From Candidatus Poribacteria bacterium (GTDB taxonomy: Bacteria > Poribacteria > WGA-4E > WGA-3G), in contig OZ242029.1 in NCBI GenBank assembly GCA_965205015.1, forward strand, positions 5,536,001-5,600,000: a DNA stretch of 64,000 nucleotides, in the 5' to 3' direction. Position 1 is the first letter of the stretch. Every line of letters starts with the position of its first letter. The notes beneath the pieces are model-generated. The model made no database searches. It was not told the origin of the DNA and saw only the letters and a list, made by a program, of their open reading frames with translations. Below are positions 25,665-34,608 of the stretch, piece by piece. The position numbers and the translations under genes are program-made.

Positions 25665-26555
25665 ATGGATTTTACTTCAATTGCTTTAATTCTACTGTCA
25701 GCATTTTGCCACGCCCTATGGAATTTCTACAGCAAATCCAGCAGAGATACACGCATCCTCTTTTTTTGGTGTGGATTTTATACCGTAGTCATAGCGTTCA
25801 TCGCATTTAGTATCAAGCATCCGGTAGTTCCGAAACCGGTATGGGGCTATATTATTGCTTCCGCTGTCGTCCATCTATTATACAAACTGTTTTTGACACA
25901 CGCTTATACCGTTGGCGAGATTTCTTTCGTCTATCCGATAGCGCGCGCCGCCCCCGCTTTCCTACCCCTCTTTGCCTTTCTTTTCTTAAACGAACGAGTT
26001 TCCGCGCAAGGCTTGATAGGTATCCTCTGTGTGATGGCTTCCATACTCCTCTATCAACAACGCGAAGCACACATCGGTTTCAAAGCGTTCTTTCGCTTCC
26101 TACGTCAACCCGATGCCCTATGGGCTTATGCTACTCTCGCCAGCGTCATTGGATACTCGCTCATAGACAAGCAAGGGATGTTTGAATTTCATCGCTACGC
26201 AATAGAGGTCCCGCTGTGGCGAGCCGTGACCTATTACTTAATGGAGAACAGCATCTCGCAAGTTTTTTACGGGCTGTCCTGCCTCGTCCGATTTCCACAC
26301 CAGCGGATTGTCGAGATTGGACAAACGGAATGGAAGCGGACTCTCGCCATTGTCGGTCTTTCGTTGATATCCTATTCGCTCATCCTCTACGTCTTGATGA
26401 CAGAAAAGGTCAGCTACGTGACCGCGGTTCGGCAGTGTTCCGTCATTTTCGTTGTTCTGCTCGGCGGATATGCGCTGAAAGAGACCTATACAAAACGCCG
26501 TTTGATCGCAGCTGTGATGATGGTATTCGGCATTTTTTTGATGACAAAGCAATAG
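25665..26555 (+). CDS. EamA/DMT family transporter
   Basis: LSAF.HA.WN, AY..GEIS.VYPIAR, YSL.DK, VSYV.AVRQ.S. Confidence 0.9.
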   Translation: MDFTSIALILLSAFCHALWNFYSKSSRDTRILFFWCGFYTVVIAFIAFSIKHPVVPKPVWGYIIASAVVHLLYKLFLTHAYTVGEISFVYPIARAAPAFLPLFAFLFLNERVSAQGLIGILCVMASILLYQQREAHIGFKAFFRFLRQPDALWAYATLASVIGYSLIDKQGMFEFHRYAIEVPLWRAVTYYLMENSISQVFYGLSCLVRFPHQRIVEIGQTEWKRTLAIVGLSLISYSLILYVLMTEKVSYVTAVRQCSVIFVVLLGGYALKETYTKRRLIAAVMMVFGIFLMTKQ

Positions 26556-26564
26556 GCTAAAGGA

Positions 26565-27539
26565 CTACCCAAAGGAGACCCCCAACTTAACGCTCCGTTC
26601 CGGGTGATTGTCCATCTCTATGTAGGCTTCGACTGAATCTTCAAACGGCACAACCGGATCAACGACGCCTTCACAGTCAAATCGTCCTTGAACAAGCCAC
26701 TTCCAACAGGTATCAATAATCCGCTTAAAATTCCAACGCGGATGATCGCGGTTCGGATCGCTGTTGGCGCGTGCAAAGATGATGTTCGGAATATTGACAT
26801 GCGCGACTGCACCGAGGTCAAGTCCGCCCGTACATGCCTTCGCGCGTCCCGCATAGACGATTGTTCCTTCAAAAGTGACGCTGCGGAGGGCATCATCGAG
26901 TGCCTCGTAGATTGCACTCGTTTCTACAGCCACATCAACGCCGAGCCCGCCGGTCGCTGCTTTGAGTACTTCGCCCGTATTACTGGCAGTTGGATCAATG
27001 ACAAGCTCCGCACCCGTTTTTTCAGCGACTTTTCGCCGTCTTTCAATCGGGTCTACGGCAGCGACGAAGTCGGCCCCCGCGATCCGCGCCATCTGCACCG
27101 TCATCAACCCAATCGCACCCAGCCCGAAGACAGCAACCCGCTCGCCAACGCGAACTTTTCCATCACGAATCGCTGACATCGCAAAATGTGCTGGATCGTA
27201 ACAGACTGCCTCCTTCCAAGTCATCTGATCGGGCATCTTGAGAAGGCGATTTGCATTCCAGGTGTGGGTCTCTTTGAGGTGCCCGTGACTCGTGACGCGT
27301 TCTCCAATCTCAAACCCTTCAACCTCGTCCCCGATCTCAATGATCTTTCCGACACACATATTCCCAAGTCCCAATGGAAAATTTGGGTTGTTGTATCCGT
27401 AGTACGCCGTCAGCTCGGTGCCGCGCTTAGGTGCCCCGAATTCGACTTGAACCCGGACGCTATCCGCGGGAACGGGACCCTCTTCATATTCCCTGAGAAC
27501 GGGTTGCCGAGGGGCAACCGCGACTAATTCTTTTGGCAT
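26565..27539 (-). CDS. Medium-chain (zinc-binding-type) alcohol dehydrogenase family protein
   Basis: GTE motif, VAVFGLGAIG Rossmann fold, GVDVAVE. Confidence 0.85.
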   Translation of the reverse strand: MPKELVAVAPRQPVLREYEEGPVPADSVRVQVEFGAPKRGTELTAYYGYNNPNFPLGLGNMCVGKIIEIGDEVEGFEIGERVTSHGHLKETHTWNANRLLKMPDQMTWKEAVCYDPAHFAMSAIRDGKVRVGERVAVFGLGAIGLMTVQMARIAGADFVAAVDPIERRRKVAEKTGAELVIDPTASNTGEVLKAATGGLGVDVAVETSAIYEALDDALRSVTFEGTIVYAGRAKACTGGLDLGAVAHVNIPNIIFARANSDPNRDHPRWNFKRIIDTCWKWLVQGRFDCEGVVDPVVPFEDSVEAYIEMDNHPERSVKLGVSFG

Positions 27540-27564
27540 TTTTTCACCTTCAAAAATATAAGTG

Positions 27565-27733
27565 AAACCCAACATTAAGTTGGATTGTTGGGTTTCGCTG
27601 TAGCCTTTTTCATGAACAGTTCATTAGAAAACAGTATTTCCATTGAGATTTGATGGCTCTCGGTCTTTCACCGCTCACCCCAACCTACGGTGACCCCCTT
27701 ACTGGTGAACGGCACACGGAGTGTGCCGACTAC
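27565..27733. repeat. Partial copy of the GTAGGTTGGG element plus a GTAG REP
   Basis: GAAACCCAACA...GTTGGGTTTCGCTG...CGCTCA(C)CCCAACCTACG matches 20061-20213; CGGCACAC-GGA-GTGTGCCG-ACTAC palindrome. Confidence 0.65.
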
Positions 27734-27734
27734 C

Positions 27735-30230
27735 TTAGTGTGGGATACCCAATTGATGCATCCGCCGGTGAATCGCCTCTCGTGCCTCTTGGAAGGGACG
27801 AGAGAGAAATTCCAGATGATCATCCTCACCGTGATGGTGTGTTACAGTGCCGGGTTCATGGTGACGCGCCGTCTCTTGAATATAGGACAATCCGCCCTCA
27901 ATCAAAGTCAGCATGTAGTTCGCCGTTTCCGGATCAAACATCCACCACTCACCGCCGACGGCTATGTAGACAGGAGAGGTATGGGCAATGATACCGCGTC
28001 CCCATCCATCGTGGTGGGGAACGGCTTGTGCGTAGTTCGGTCCGCCGCACCGCGCTGCAATCCACGAATGCTTGTCCACCTTCAGATTTGCTTTCAGGTG
28101 CAGATGGGCTTTGCCCGCTTTGTCTTCAGTTGAAGCGACGACGTGTCCCGCTTGAAGAATCTGTAAGGTGTGGATCGGGAAGATGGAATCCGCGGAGGCT
28201 TCAACCTCGACAGTGCCACCGTTACCGGGCAGATTGATCGTACTACCGATCGGTTGCCCATCGACGGTCAGACGGATCATGGGACCGCCGCTGAGGAACG
28301 TGTTGCCAGCACTCATGTATTTGCACCAGTTATCGTAATTGAATTCCTCGTTATCAGGGATGTGGACATAGGTACGATAAACACCGACGGGGACATCGCT
28401 ACTCATCTTATCCGTCCCCCCAACGAGTGGCAATTTATAGCCACAGTTGAGATAACGGTAATACTCAAGGTGTCCATACATAGCATTGGTGAGGTACTCG
28501 ACGGCATCAACCCGTCCGGTAGCGATGAGCGTCGCCGGTTCACAATTCGGATTTGGGATGTGTGGTAACACAACGGTGCCCCCCTGCGCGTGGCACGCAT
28601 CTGCCCAATGCGAAAGTGTGACCTCCATATTTCCGCCGAGTTCGGCTTCTCCCGGACCGTCTGAACACCACGGCGCGACCTGCTCCTTTAAACCGAGGAG
28701 CGTGAGATGCCCGAGGAGATGCTGGCGATTCTCCTGCGTCGCATAGACAATACTCCGTCCATCGGCAGACGTTGTGGGTCTTCCGATGAACTCTTCCGTA
28801 TTTGTAAAGAGATGCCCCCACTGGGATAGGAGAAGGTTGACAACGCCGAGGTCCTCGCCTTGTGCCTCGGTATGTGCGCCCTGTGTAGACAGAAAATGAA
28901 CGTGCGTATCGCCACTGAAATAGCGTTCGGCGTTCATATCGCACCACCGCTTTAAGCGCAACGTCAACTCGCGTTGTCCCGGTTTTATGTTGACGGTGGT
29001 TCGTAAGGGGGTATATTCAAAGCCACGCGCGACATCAACGATAACATCTCCACGCGGCAGCCATCCCTGACACGTGCCGTCAATGTAGGCGTAACTAATC
29101 TGTCCTAACCGGACATCCCCCCCGACATCCACGTGCCATGTCCCCATGTTTGAATTGACGTGGGCATGGTGACCATGTGGTGCATACGGCACGCCGTGCG
29201 GGGAACGGAAATGGATGCGACACGGCACCGGTCTATTCGTATCCTCGTCAATCACGGTGGTATGCACCCAGTTTCTGCCGGAATCGATGACCTCTACCTT
29301 AACCCGTTCGTTGGGTTGCACGACACCTTTTTCCTCGACTTCCCCCCAATTGACAGTGCCGAGCGTCTCGCCTTGATTTTTGACTTCAACACTGGCAGAG
29401 GGAGTCGCGGATACTTCAACGTACGCCGGACTGCTTTTGTTGTTTTGGGATTCACCCCAGCCTTTGAAATCGTCATTGATAAACGCATCGGGCGCGTTTT
29501 CCGGTAACGGATACGGATAGGTCGCAACGCCACGGTCGACAGTGACGTCCATATCAAAAGGTTTCTCGGCATCCTCAGATTGGGGTAGCGTGATTTTGAC
29601 TTCACGGCGGGGATGACGCGGGATCGGACTCTCGTCGAGGTAACCGAGTGTGATCGCTGCCACAATAAAACGCCGTTCCTGCGGCTGAATTTCGATGGAA
29701 GCGACTTCAACGCCGTCTCTCGGATTTTTCCACACCCACAAATAGTAGTCACGCGGTGTCCCTTGGCTCACTTCGGTTTGTCGGTTGCCCGCGGATCCCC
29801 AAGGTCCCTCGTGGCGTGGCGATAAACTTTCCTGCCGGTCAGGGATAGCAAGGAAGGTCTGTTGCCCCCACCCCTGTGGCACACCGCCGATCTCAAAGCG
29901 TTCGCGAATCGGCACACTCACCGTTTCACCATCAGTGTAATGGAAAACGTAATTGGCAATCAACTTGGCGATCGGTTCGCCTTCAGGGATACGTGACTCA
30001 AGCAAACGATGCACGAAGATCACTCGCTTCGGGCTTGCACCGACAGGAACCTGGATAGGGTCGGTGTTAACGTCCTCACCGAAACCCAAGAAACAGGTTG
30101 TGCCTTCAGCGATGTCGAAAGGAAGTCCGTGGAACGTCTGCGCTCCGAGGGTGGGCGTTGCGTTCTCGCCGAGAATCTCTGTGCCGACATTGCACAAAGC
30201 GGAAAGTGAAATAGATTGGTAGTCTCTCAT
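27735..30230 (-). CDS. CehA/McbA-family (PHP-like) metallohydrolase
   Basis: RGFEY.P, SGDTHVH, QENRQH.LGH, GG.VVLPH, YYRYLNCG, GGTD. Confidence 0.8.
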   Translation of the reverse strand: MRDYQSISLSALCNVGTEILGENATPTLGAQTFHGLPFDIAEGTTCFLGFGEDVNTDPIQVPVGASPKRVIFVHRLLESRIPEGEPIAKLIANYVFHYTDGETVSVPIRERFEIGGVPQGWGQQTFLAIPDRQESLSPRHEGPWGSAGNRQTEVSQGTPRDYYLWVWKNPRDGVEVASIEIQPQERRFIVAAITLGYLDESPIPRHPRREVKITLPQSEDAEKPFDMDVTVDRGVATYPYPLPENAPDAFINDDFKGWGESQNNKSSPAYVEVSATPSASVEVKNQGETLGTVNWGEVEEKGVVQPNERVKVEVIDSGRNWVHTTVIDEDTNRPVPCRIHFRSPHGVPYAPHGHHAHVNSNMGTWHVDVGGDVRLGQISYAYIDGTCQGWLPRGDVIVDVARGFEYTPLRTTVNIKPGQRELTLRLKRWCDMNAERYFSGDTHVHFLSTQGAHTEAQGEDLGVVNLLLSQWGHLFTNTEEFIGRPTTSADGRSIVYATQENRQHLLGHLTLLGLKEQVAPWCSDGPGEAELGGNMEVTLSHWADACHAQGGTVVLPHIPNPNCEPATLIATGRVDAVEYLTNAMYGHLEYYRYLNCGYKLPLVGGTDKMSSDVPVGVYRTYVHIPDNEEFNYDNWCKYMSAGNTFLSGGPMIRLTVDGQPIGSTINLPGNGGTVEVEASADSIFPIHTLQILQAGHVVASTEDKAGKAHLHLKANLKVDKHSWIAARCGGPNYAQAVPHHDGWGRGIIAHTSPVYIAVGGEWWMFDPETANYMLTLIEGGLSYIQETARHHEPGTVTHHHGEDDHLEFLSRPFQEAREAIHRRMHQLGIPH

Positions 30231-30250
30231 TTTTTCTAATCTTCCTTTTA

Positions 30251-30278
30251 AAGCCCCAGCGGGGCGACATGTCTATAG
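30251..30278 (-). repeat. CTATAnACATnTCGCCCCGCTGGGGCT repeat
   Basis: Related copies at about 19698-19720, 19744-19768, 21243-21265 and 21289-21315. Confidence 0.65.
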
Positions 30279-31268
30279 AGGAAAATCAATTGACTGTCCC
30301 TGCTCAGAGGACATATAGAACGCCTGCATCAACTCTGTGAGGTTACGTCCATCTTGGATCGTAATGGTCATCGGTTCATCGCGAAGAATAGCGTTAATCC
30401 ACTGCTGTATCGGTTCAGGGGGTGCTGCGGGAGCGTTAGCGACGTATTCCGCTTTCTCCGCATCGGAAAGCTTGCGGGTTTCAAAATGCATCTCGCCGTG
30501 TCCCGCGGCGAATGAACCCTCCGTGCCGTAGATTTCAAGTAGGTTCGGACCGGAACGGTGCGTCCACGCCACATCAATCACGCCGAGCGCTTTGTTCGCG
30601 AACTCAACGACGGAAACGCTGTTATCATCAATCGGGAAGTTGCCAGTGAAGTTGTTAATCTTAGCGATAGCACTCTTCGGTTCTCCCATCAACCACCGAA
30701 TAACATCGACCCGGTGACACCCTAAGTCAAAAAGGGCACCGCCGCCTGCACGCTCAGCATCGGCGAACCAAGCACTCGTCCCGCTGAACCAACTATCCAG
30801 TGCGGCAGAATGCGCAATCCGTCCCCTACCGAACGTGATATCCCCAAGCAGTCCATCGTCAATCGCCTTTTTCGCAAACAGGATTTCAGGGTTCGCCCGG
30901 GAAGGCAGCGAAATCATGAACTTTACACCCGCCTTCTCGACGGCATCAATAATGGGATCACATTCGGCGACGGTAATCGCGAGTGCCTTCTCGGTGAAGA
31001 TGTGTTTTCCGGCTTCAGCGGCAGCGATCATTACCCGCGGATGGTCGGACGTAATCGCGTCAACGGCGACTGCGTCTACATCGTCGCGGCTGAGGACTTC
31101 ATCGAGATCGGTGTAAAAAGGTACTTCGTACTGTTCTGCTGCTTCTCTTCCACCGTATTCCTCCTCGTCCCAGACGGCAACGAGTTCGGTTTCAGGGTTT
31201 TCGTTAATTTTTCGGGCATAACCACCGGCGTGGACATGTGCCATACTAATCTTTGCGACCCTAATCAT
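30273..31268 (-). CDS. Gfo/Idh/MocA oxidoreductase
   Basis: AGKHIFTEKA, GGGALFDLGCH. Confidence 0.9.
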   Translation of the reverse strand: MIRVAKISMAHVHAGGYARKINENPETELVAVWDEEEYGGREAAEQYEVPFYTDLDEVLSRDDVDAVAVDAITSDHPRVMIAAAEAGKHIFTEKALAITVAECDPIIDAVEKAGVKFMISLPSRANPEILFAKKAIDDGLLGDITFGRGRIAHSAALDSWFSGTSAWFADAERAGGGALFDLGCHRVDVIRWLMGEPKSAIAKINNFTGNFPIDDNSVSVVEFANKALGVIDVAWTHRSGPNLLEIYGTEGSFAAGHGEMHFETRKLSDAEKAEYVANAPAAPPEPIQQWINAILRDEPMTITIQDGRNLTELMQAFYMSSEQGQSIDFPL

Positions 31269-31301
31269 GTAATACTCCTTTTAGGCGAAACTTGCTAAAA
31301 T

Positions 31302-31392
31302 AGAACTTACGCAATTTCTATGGAAGACCTACGGCCCACACACCGCTGGCGAGGTTTCAAACCTCGTCAGCAAAGGATGCTGCGTAAGTCCT
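31302..31392. mobile_element. Short MITE of the AGGA(C/T)TTACGCA family containing a REP-like hairpin
   Basis: AGAACTTACGCA...TGCGTAAGTCCT ends, TAAAA on both flanks; internal CTGGCGAGGTT-TC-AAACCTCGTCAG. Confidence 0.65.
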
Positions 31393-31398
31393 GTAAAA

Positions 31399-32172
31399 TT
31401 ATATAATTCTTCCAACAGAAGAGCGGGTTGCGAGATGGTTCCAACCACGGAGGACCAATTGGACGTTGGTGTGGCGATTCTCGGATTCGATCTCATCATC
31501 ACCCGCAAGCATTTGGACGAGGACACTCTTTCGCGTCCGGTTCGAGCGGTTCGGCATTGAGCCGTGCAGGGTAAAGTAACTAAAGAAAAGCACATCGCCG
31601 GGTTCCGCTTCTAAAACGGTGGCTCCTTCAATAGGATATTTTTCGGTAACTTCAGCGTTCTTTCCGCTGCCCATCATACCATCTGTGCGTCCGAGCTGCT
31701 TGTGGGATCCCGGATAGACACGAACACACCCCATTTCATCGGTAGCCTCTGAAACGTAGATGATGGCAGCTATCATCGTGTCTTTGACGGACGGAAAATA
31801 CTGCCAATCTTGGTGCATCGGAAAGGGAGCACCTTGCTCCGGTGGTTTGCAAAAAAGTTTGGAATGATGCAGCATAATATCGGGTCCGAGGATGGCTTCG
31901 GTAACATCAAGAAACTTTTCCTGCATGAACGCCTGCAACCAGATCCCAGAGAAACTCTGGATATTGTGCGTATGGATGATCACAGATTCACCGCCATCAA
32001 GTGCATCCATCAATCGACCGCCCCAGCGTGCGTTGACGTTCTCATCGCTTTTGAGGAGTTGATCCACGACCCGATCGAAGTCACTTTCCATCGCATTGAT
32101 TTCTTCGAGCGAATAGACCCCTTTGGCGAAATAGTATCCGTTCTCCTGAAAGAATTTTCCGATATCTGACAT
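31399..32172 (-). CDS. PhyH family dioxygenase
   Basis: HSKLFCKPP, MHQD, GCVRVYPGSH, HGSMPN. Confidence 0.9.
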   Translation of the reverse strand: MSDIGKFFQENGYYFAKGVYSLEEINAMESDFDRVVDQLLKSDENVNARWGGRLMDALDGGESVIIHTHNIQSFSGIWLQAFMQEKFLDVTEAILGPDIMLHHSKLFCKPPEQGAPFPMHQDWQYFPSVKDTMIAAIIYVSEATDEMGCVRVYPGSHKQLGRTDGMMGSGKNAEVTEKYPIEGATVLEAEPGDVLFFSYFTLHGSMPNRSNRTRKSVLVQMLAGDDEIESENRHTNVQLVLRGWNHLATRSSVGRII

Positions 32173-32966
32173 TATGTTCCTGTAACCTCCAGAAAGAGTT
32201 CATTAAACCAATTTGGCGAGAGACGATTTGTACCGTCGCCTTTCCTAACCTCTCGCTGTAACTTACCAAACCTGTCGAAAATAGCAAACTGTCCGCCGTT
32301 TAGAATACCAACGAAGTTTTCGTTCCGAGAATCAGTATTGTACAACTTAAGGACATCCTCAAGACGATTGGTAGCAATCACGACAGTTTTTCCCATCGCT
32401 TGGAGTTCACCGAGAAGCTCAACCATCTCGTCCTGTCCAGCCGGATCAAGCGGTGTGAGCGGTTCGTCCAGCAACCATAATTGGGGACCGTGTAGAAAAG
32501 TTTTGGCGAATAAAAGCCGCTGCCGTTCTCCCGTTGATAGGGTACCGATTTTGACCTCACGTCGATGCTGGATGTCCATCAATTCAAGAACCGCATCAAT
32601 GGCTTCCACGCGTGTCCGTTTCCTTAATTTGTATGCGGTGGCAAAAAAATTGAGGTACTTGACGACAGACATCTCAGGATACCCTTCAAACGCCACGGGG
32701 ATATACCCGATGTTTGGACGCACCTGTTTCAGGTTCGCAAATGCATCAATCCCATCAATAGAGACACTCCCTGATGTCGGTGCGACTAAGGTCGCCAAAA
32801 TGTTGAGTAGGAGCGTTTTCCCTGAACCATTCTTACCGAGTAGGATGAGACACTCTCCGGCTGCCACCTGAAATGTGAGTTCCGTGAGAATGGGTTTCTT
32901 GTCAAAGGATTTGGACAGATTTTGGACCTCAAGCATTGCATTCGTTCTACTATATGTGAACGGCAT
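32172..32966 (-). CDS. ABC transporter ATP-binding protein (start may be 32936)
   Basis: GKNGSGKT Walker A, LSTGERQR, LLDEP; the H-loop His appears replaced (IATN). Confidence 0.85.
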   Translation of the reverse strand: MPFTYSRTNAMLEVQNLSKSFDKKPILTELTFQVAAGECLILLGKNGSGKTLLLNILATLVAPTSGSVSIDGIDAFANLKQVRPNIGYIPVAFEGYPEMSVVKYLNFFATAYKLRKRTRVEAIDAVLELMDIQHRREVKIGTLSTGERQRLLFAKTFLHGPQLWLLDEPLTPLDPAGQDEMVELLGELQAMGKTVVIATNRLEDVLKLYNTDSRNENFVGILNGGQFAIFDRFGKLQREVRKGDGTNRLSPNWFNELFLEVTGT

Positions 32967-32987
32967 GGCGGCGCATGCCTACGACTA

Positions 32988-33989
32988 TTAACTCAGATCC
33001 ACCTTGACGGGTGTGCCGAGTTCAGCGGATTGCCACGCAGCCTCGGTCAATTGGATGACCCGCAAACCGTTCTCAACACCGATCGGATTCTCTGTCCGTT
33101 CACCACGGATCAGCTCAATAAAAGCAACATCTTTGTTCGCTTGTTCTGGCATTTCAGATGTATCCACAAGTTCTGGGGTCCCATCCGCTTCCTGGCGATA
33201 GAGTTGCCCCTCGCGGAGATAGAGCGCGCCTTCCTCTAACCAGACAGAAAAAGCTTCCCGAACGCCGCCATACGCATGCCCGACAATGCTGATATTGCAC
33301 AAGGCACCTGTATCAAACTTAATCGACATCGCAGTAAGCACATCCACCTCAATGTCCAAGTTATCTATCATCGCGAAGACAGTATCAGGACTGGCTTCCA
33401 ACACCCAAAGGAGAATATCAATCAGGTGGCTCCCTGAGTCGTTCAGTTGCCCACCACCGCCGAGGAACGGGTCTTGTCGCCATTTCCCCTGCTGATTCCG
33501 ATACCAATTCTGCGACTGATGTGCTGTGACGAAGTTAACGCGTCCGAGCTCACCACTCTGGACGACTTGGCGACAGTATTGATACGTAGGACTCAAGTGT
33601 CGTTGATAACCAATCATCAGATGCAAACCCGTCTCTTCTACCTTCGCGATTACCTGCTTGGCATGCTCCACTGTGCAGACCATCGGTTTCTCGGTATGGA
33701 CGTGACACCCCGCGTCAAGCGCATCCATAATATGCCGGAAATGTAGACCGTGCGGTGAACTAATCACCACGGCATCCGGTTCGACAGTATCTAACATCTC
33801 AACGTGATCTGCGTAAGTCGGCAGTGACTCGTCTAAACCGACGGTCTCTTTGAACGCCTCAAGCGACGCCTCACTTGGATCGGCAAGCGCCACAATCTCC
33901 ACATCTTCGACACTTGAGACACTGCGTCCGTGCCCCCGTGCGTTGCCTCCGCACCCGATGAACGCGAAGTTTAATCTCTGTTTCGACAT
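32988..33989 (-). CDS. Gfo/Idh/MocA oxidoreductase
   Basis: FIGCGG, HVHTEKPM, GGGQLNDSGSH. Confidence 0.9.
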   Translation of the reverse strand: MSKQRLNFAFIGCGGNARGHGRSVSSVEDVEIVALADPSEASLEAFKETVGLDESLPTYADHVEMLDTVEPDAVVISSPHGLHFRHIMDALDAGCHVHTEKPMVCTVEHAKQVIAKVEETGLHLMIGYQRHLSPTYQYCRQVVQSGELGRVNFVTAHQSQNWYRNQQGKWRQDPFLGGGGQLNDSGSHLIDILLWVLEASPDTVFAMIDNLDIEVDVLTAMSIKFDTGALCNISIVGHAYGGVREAFSVWLEEGALYLREGQLYRQEADGTPELVDTSEMPEQANKDVAFIELIRGERTENPIGVENGLRVIQLTEAAWQSAELGTPVKVDLS

Positions 33990-34022
33990 ATCTGCTCCTG
34001 TTTCGTTGTCTGTTAATGTCTG

Positions 34023-34349
34023 TTAATCTGACACTTGCTGTTCCAACCACGTGATGAATATGTCCAGTTCCGAAACTGCATTAAAGTAACTGTTAGATGG
34101 AAGCCCCCAAACAGCGATATCAATATCCGACTGTTCTGAAAACCAATCCTGTTCGGCAAGCGATCCGAAGACTGCCACCCGTGTTGCCCCGAAGTTTTCA
34201 TAGAGCATAACTGCTACTTGGCGTGCGATCTTCCAGGCGCGGCACAGTAACGCCTCATCCACCGGATCCCGGTTTTGGAAGTGCTGATTAAGACGCAAGC
34301 GGTACTGTTTCAATTCCTCAGGTGATAACTCTTTCGCAGTGCGAGGCAT
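34023..34349 (-). pseudogene. Truncated minimal nucleotidyltransferase (MNT) antitoxin-like gene
   Basis: VFGSLA...SDIDIAV motif; the usual C-terminal xDLV strand is absent and the tail reads ELDIFITWLEQ. Confidence 0.6.
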
Positions 34350-34515
34350 ATCGGACGCGCCTTGGAGAATAGAATACCACGAAATGCGTTTTGCGTGCAA
34401 GAGAAGAAATTAGAGGTTGCGGCATGGTGTCGCCCAGTGTTTAATAAATGAACACTATCGCACAAATTATGACGGAAATAGGTCGAAATCCACCAATTTT
34501 ATGTTGAATTGTGGG

Positions 34516-34531
34516 TGGCATACAATTTGCA
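34516..34531 (+). promoter_or_regulatory. Sigma54 (-24/-12) promoter
   Basis: TGGCATACAATTTGCA = GG-N10-GC, 78 nt upstream of the TonB-dependent receptor. Confidence 0.7.
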
Positions 34532-34608
34532 ATAAAATAAGATAATAGATGACCTCAGGTGCCTGAAAGACCTACAGCAGTGGGCAAAACTCAAAGGAGA
34601 ACACTATC

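Noticed and set aside
34540-34605. Riboswitch (cobalamin, glycine or c-di-GMP) upstream of the TonB-dependent receptor
   Set aside because: Only isolated short words (CTCAGG, GGCAAA) match; no B12 box or full aptamer architecture, and the leader after the sigma54 site is short. An Rfam scan would settle it.
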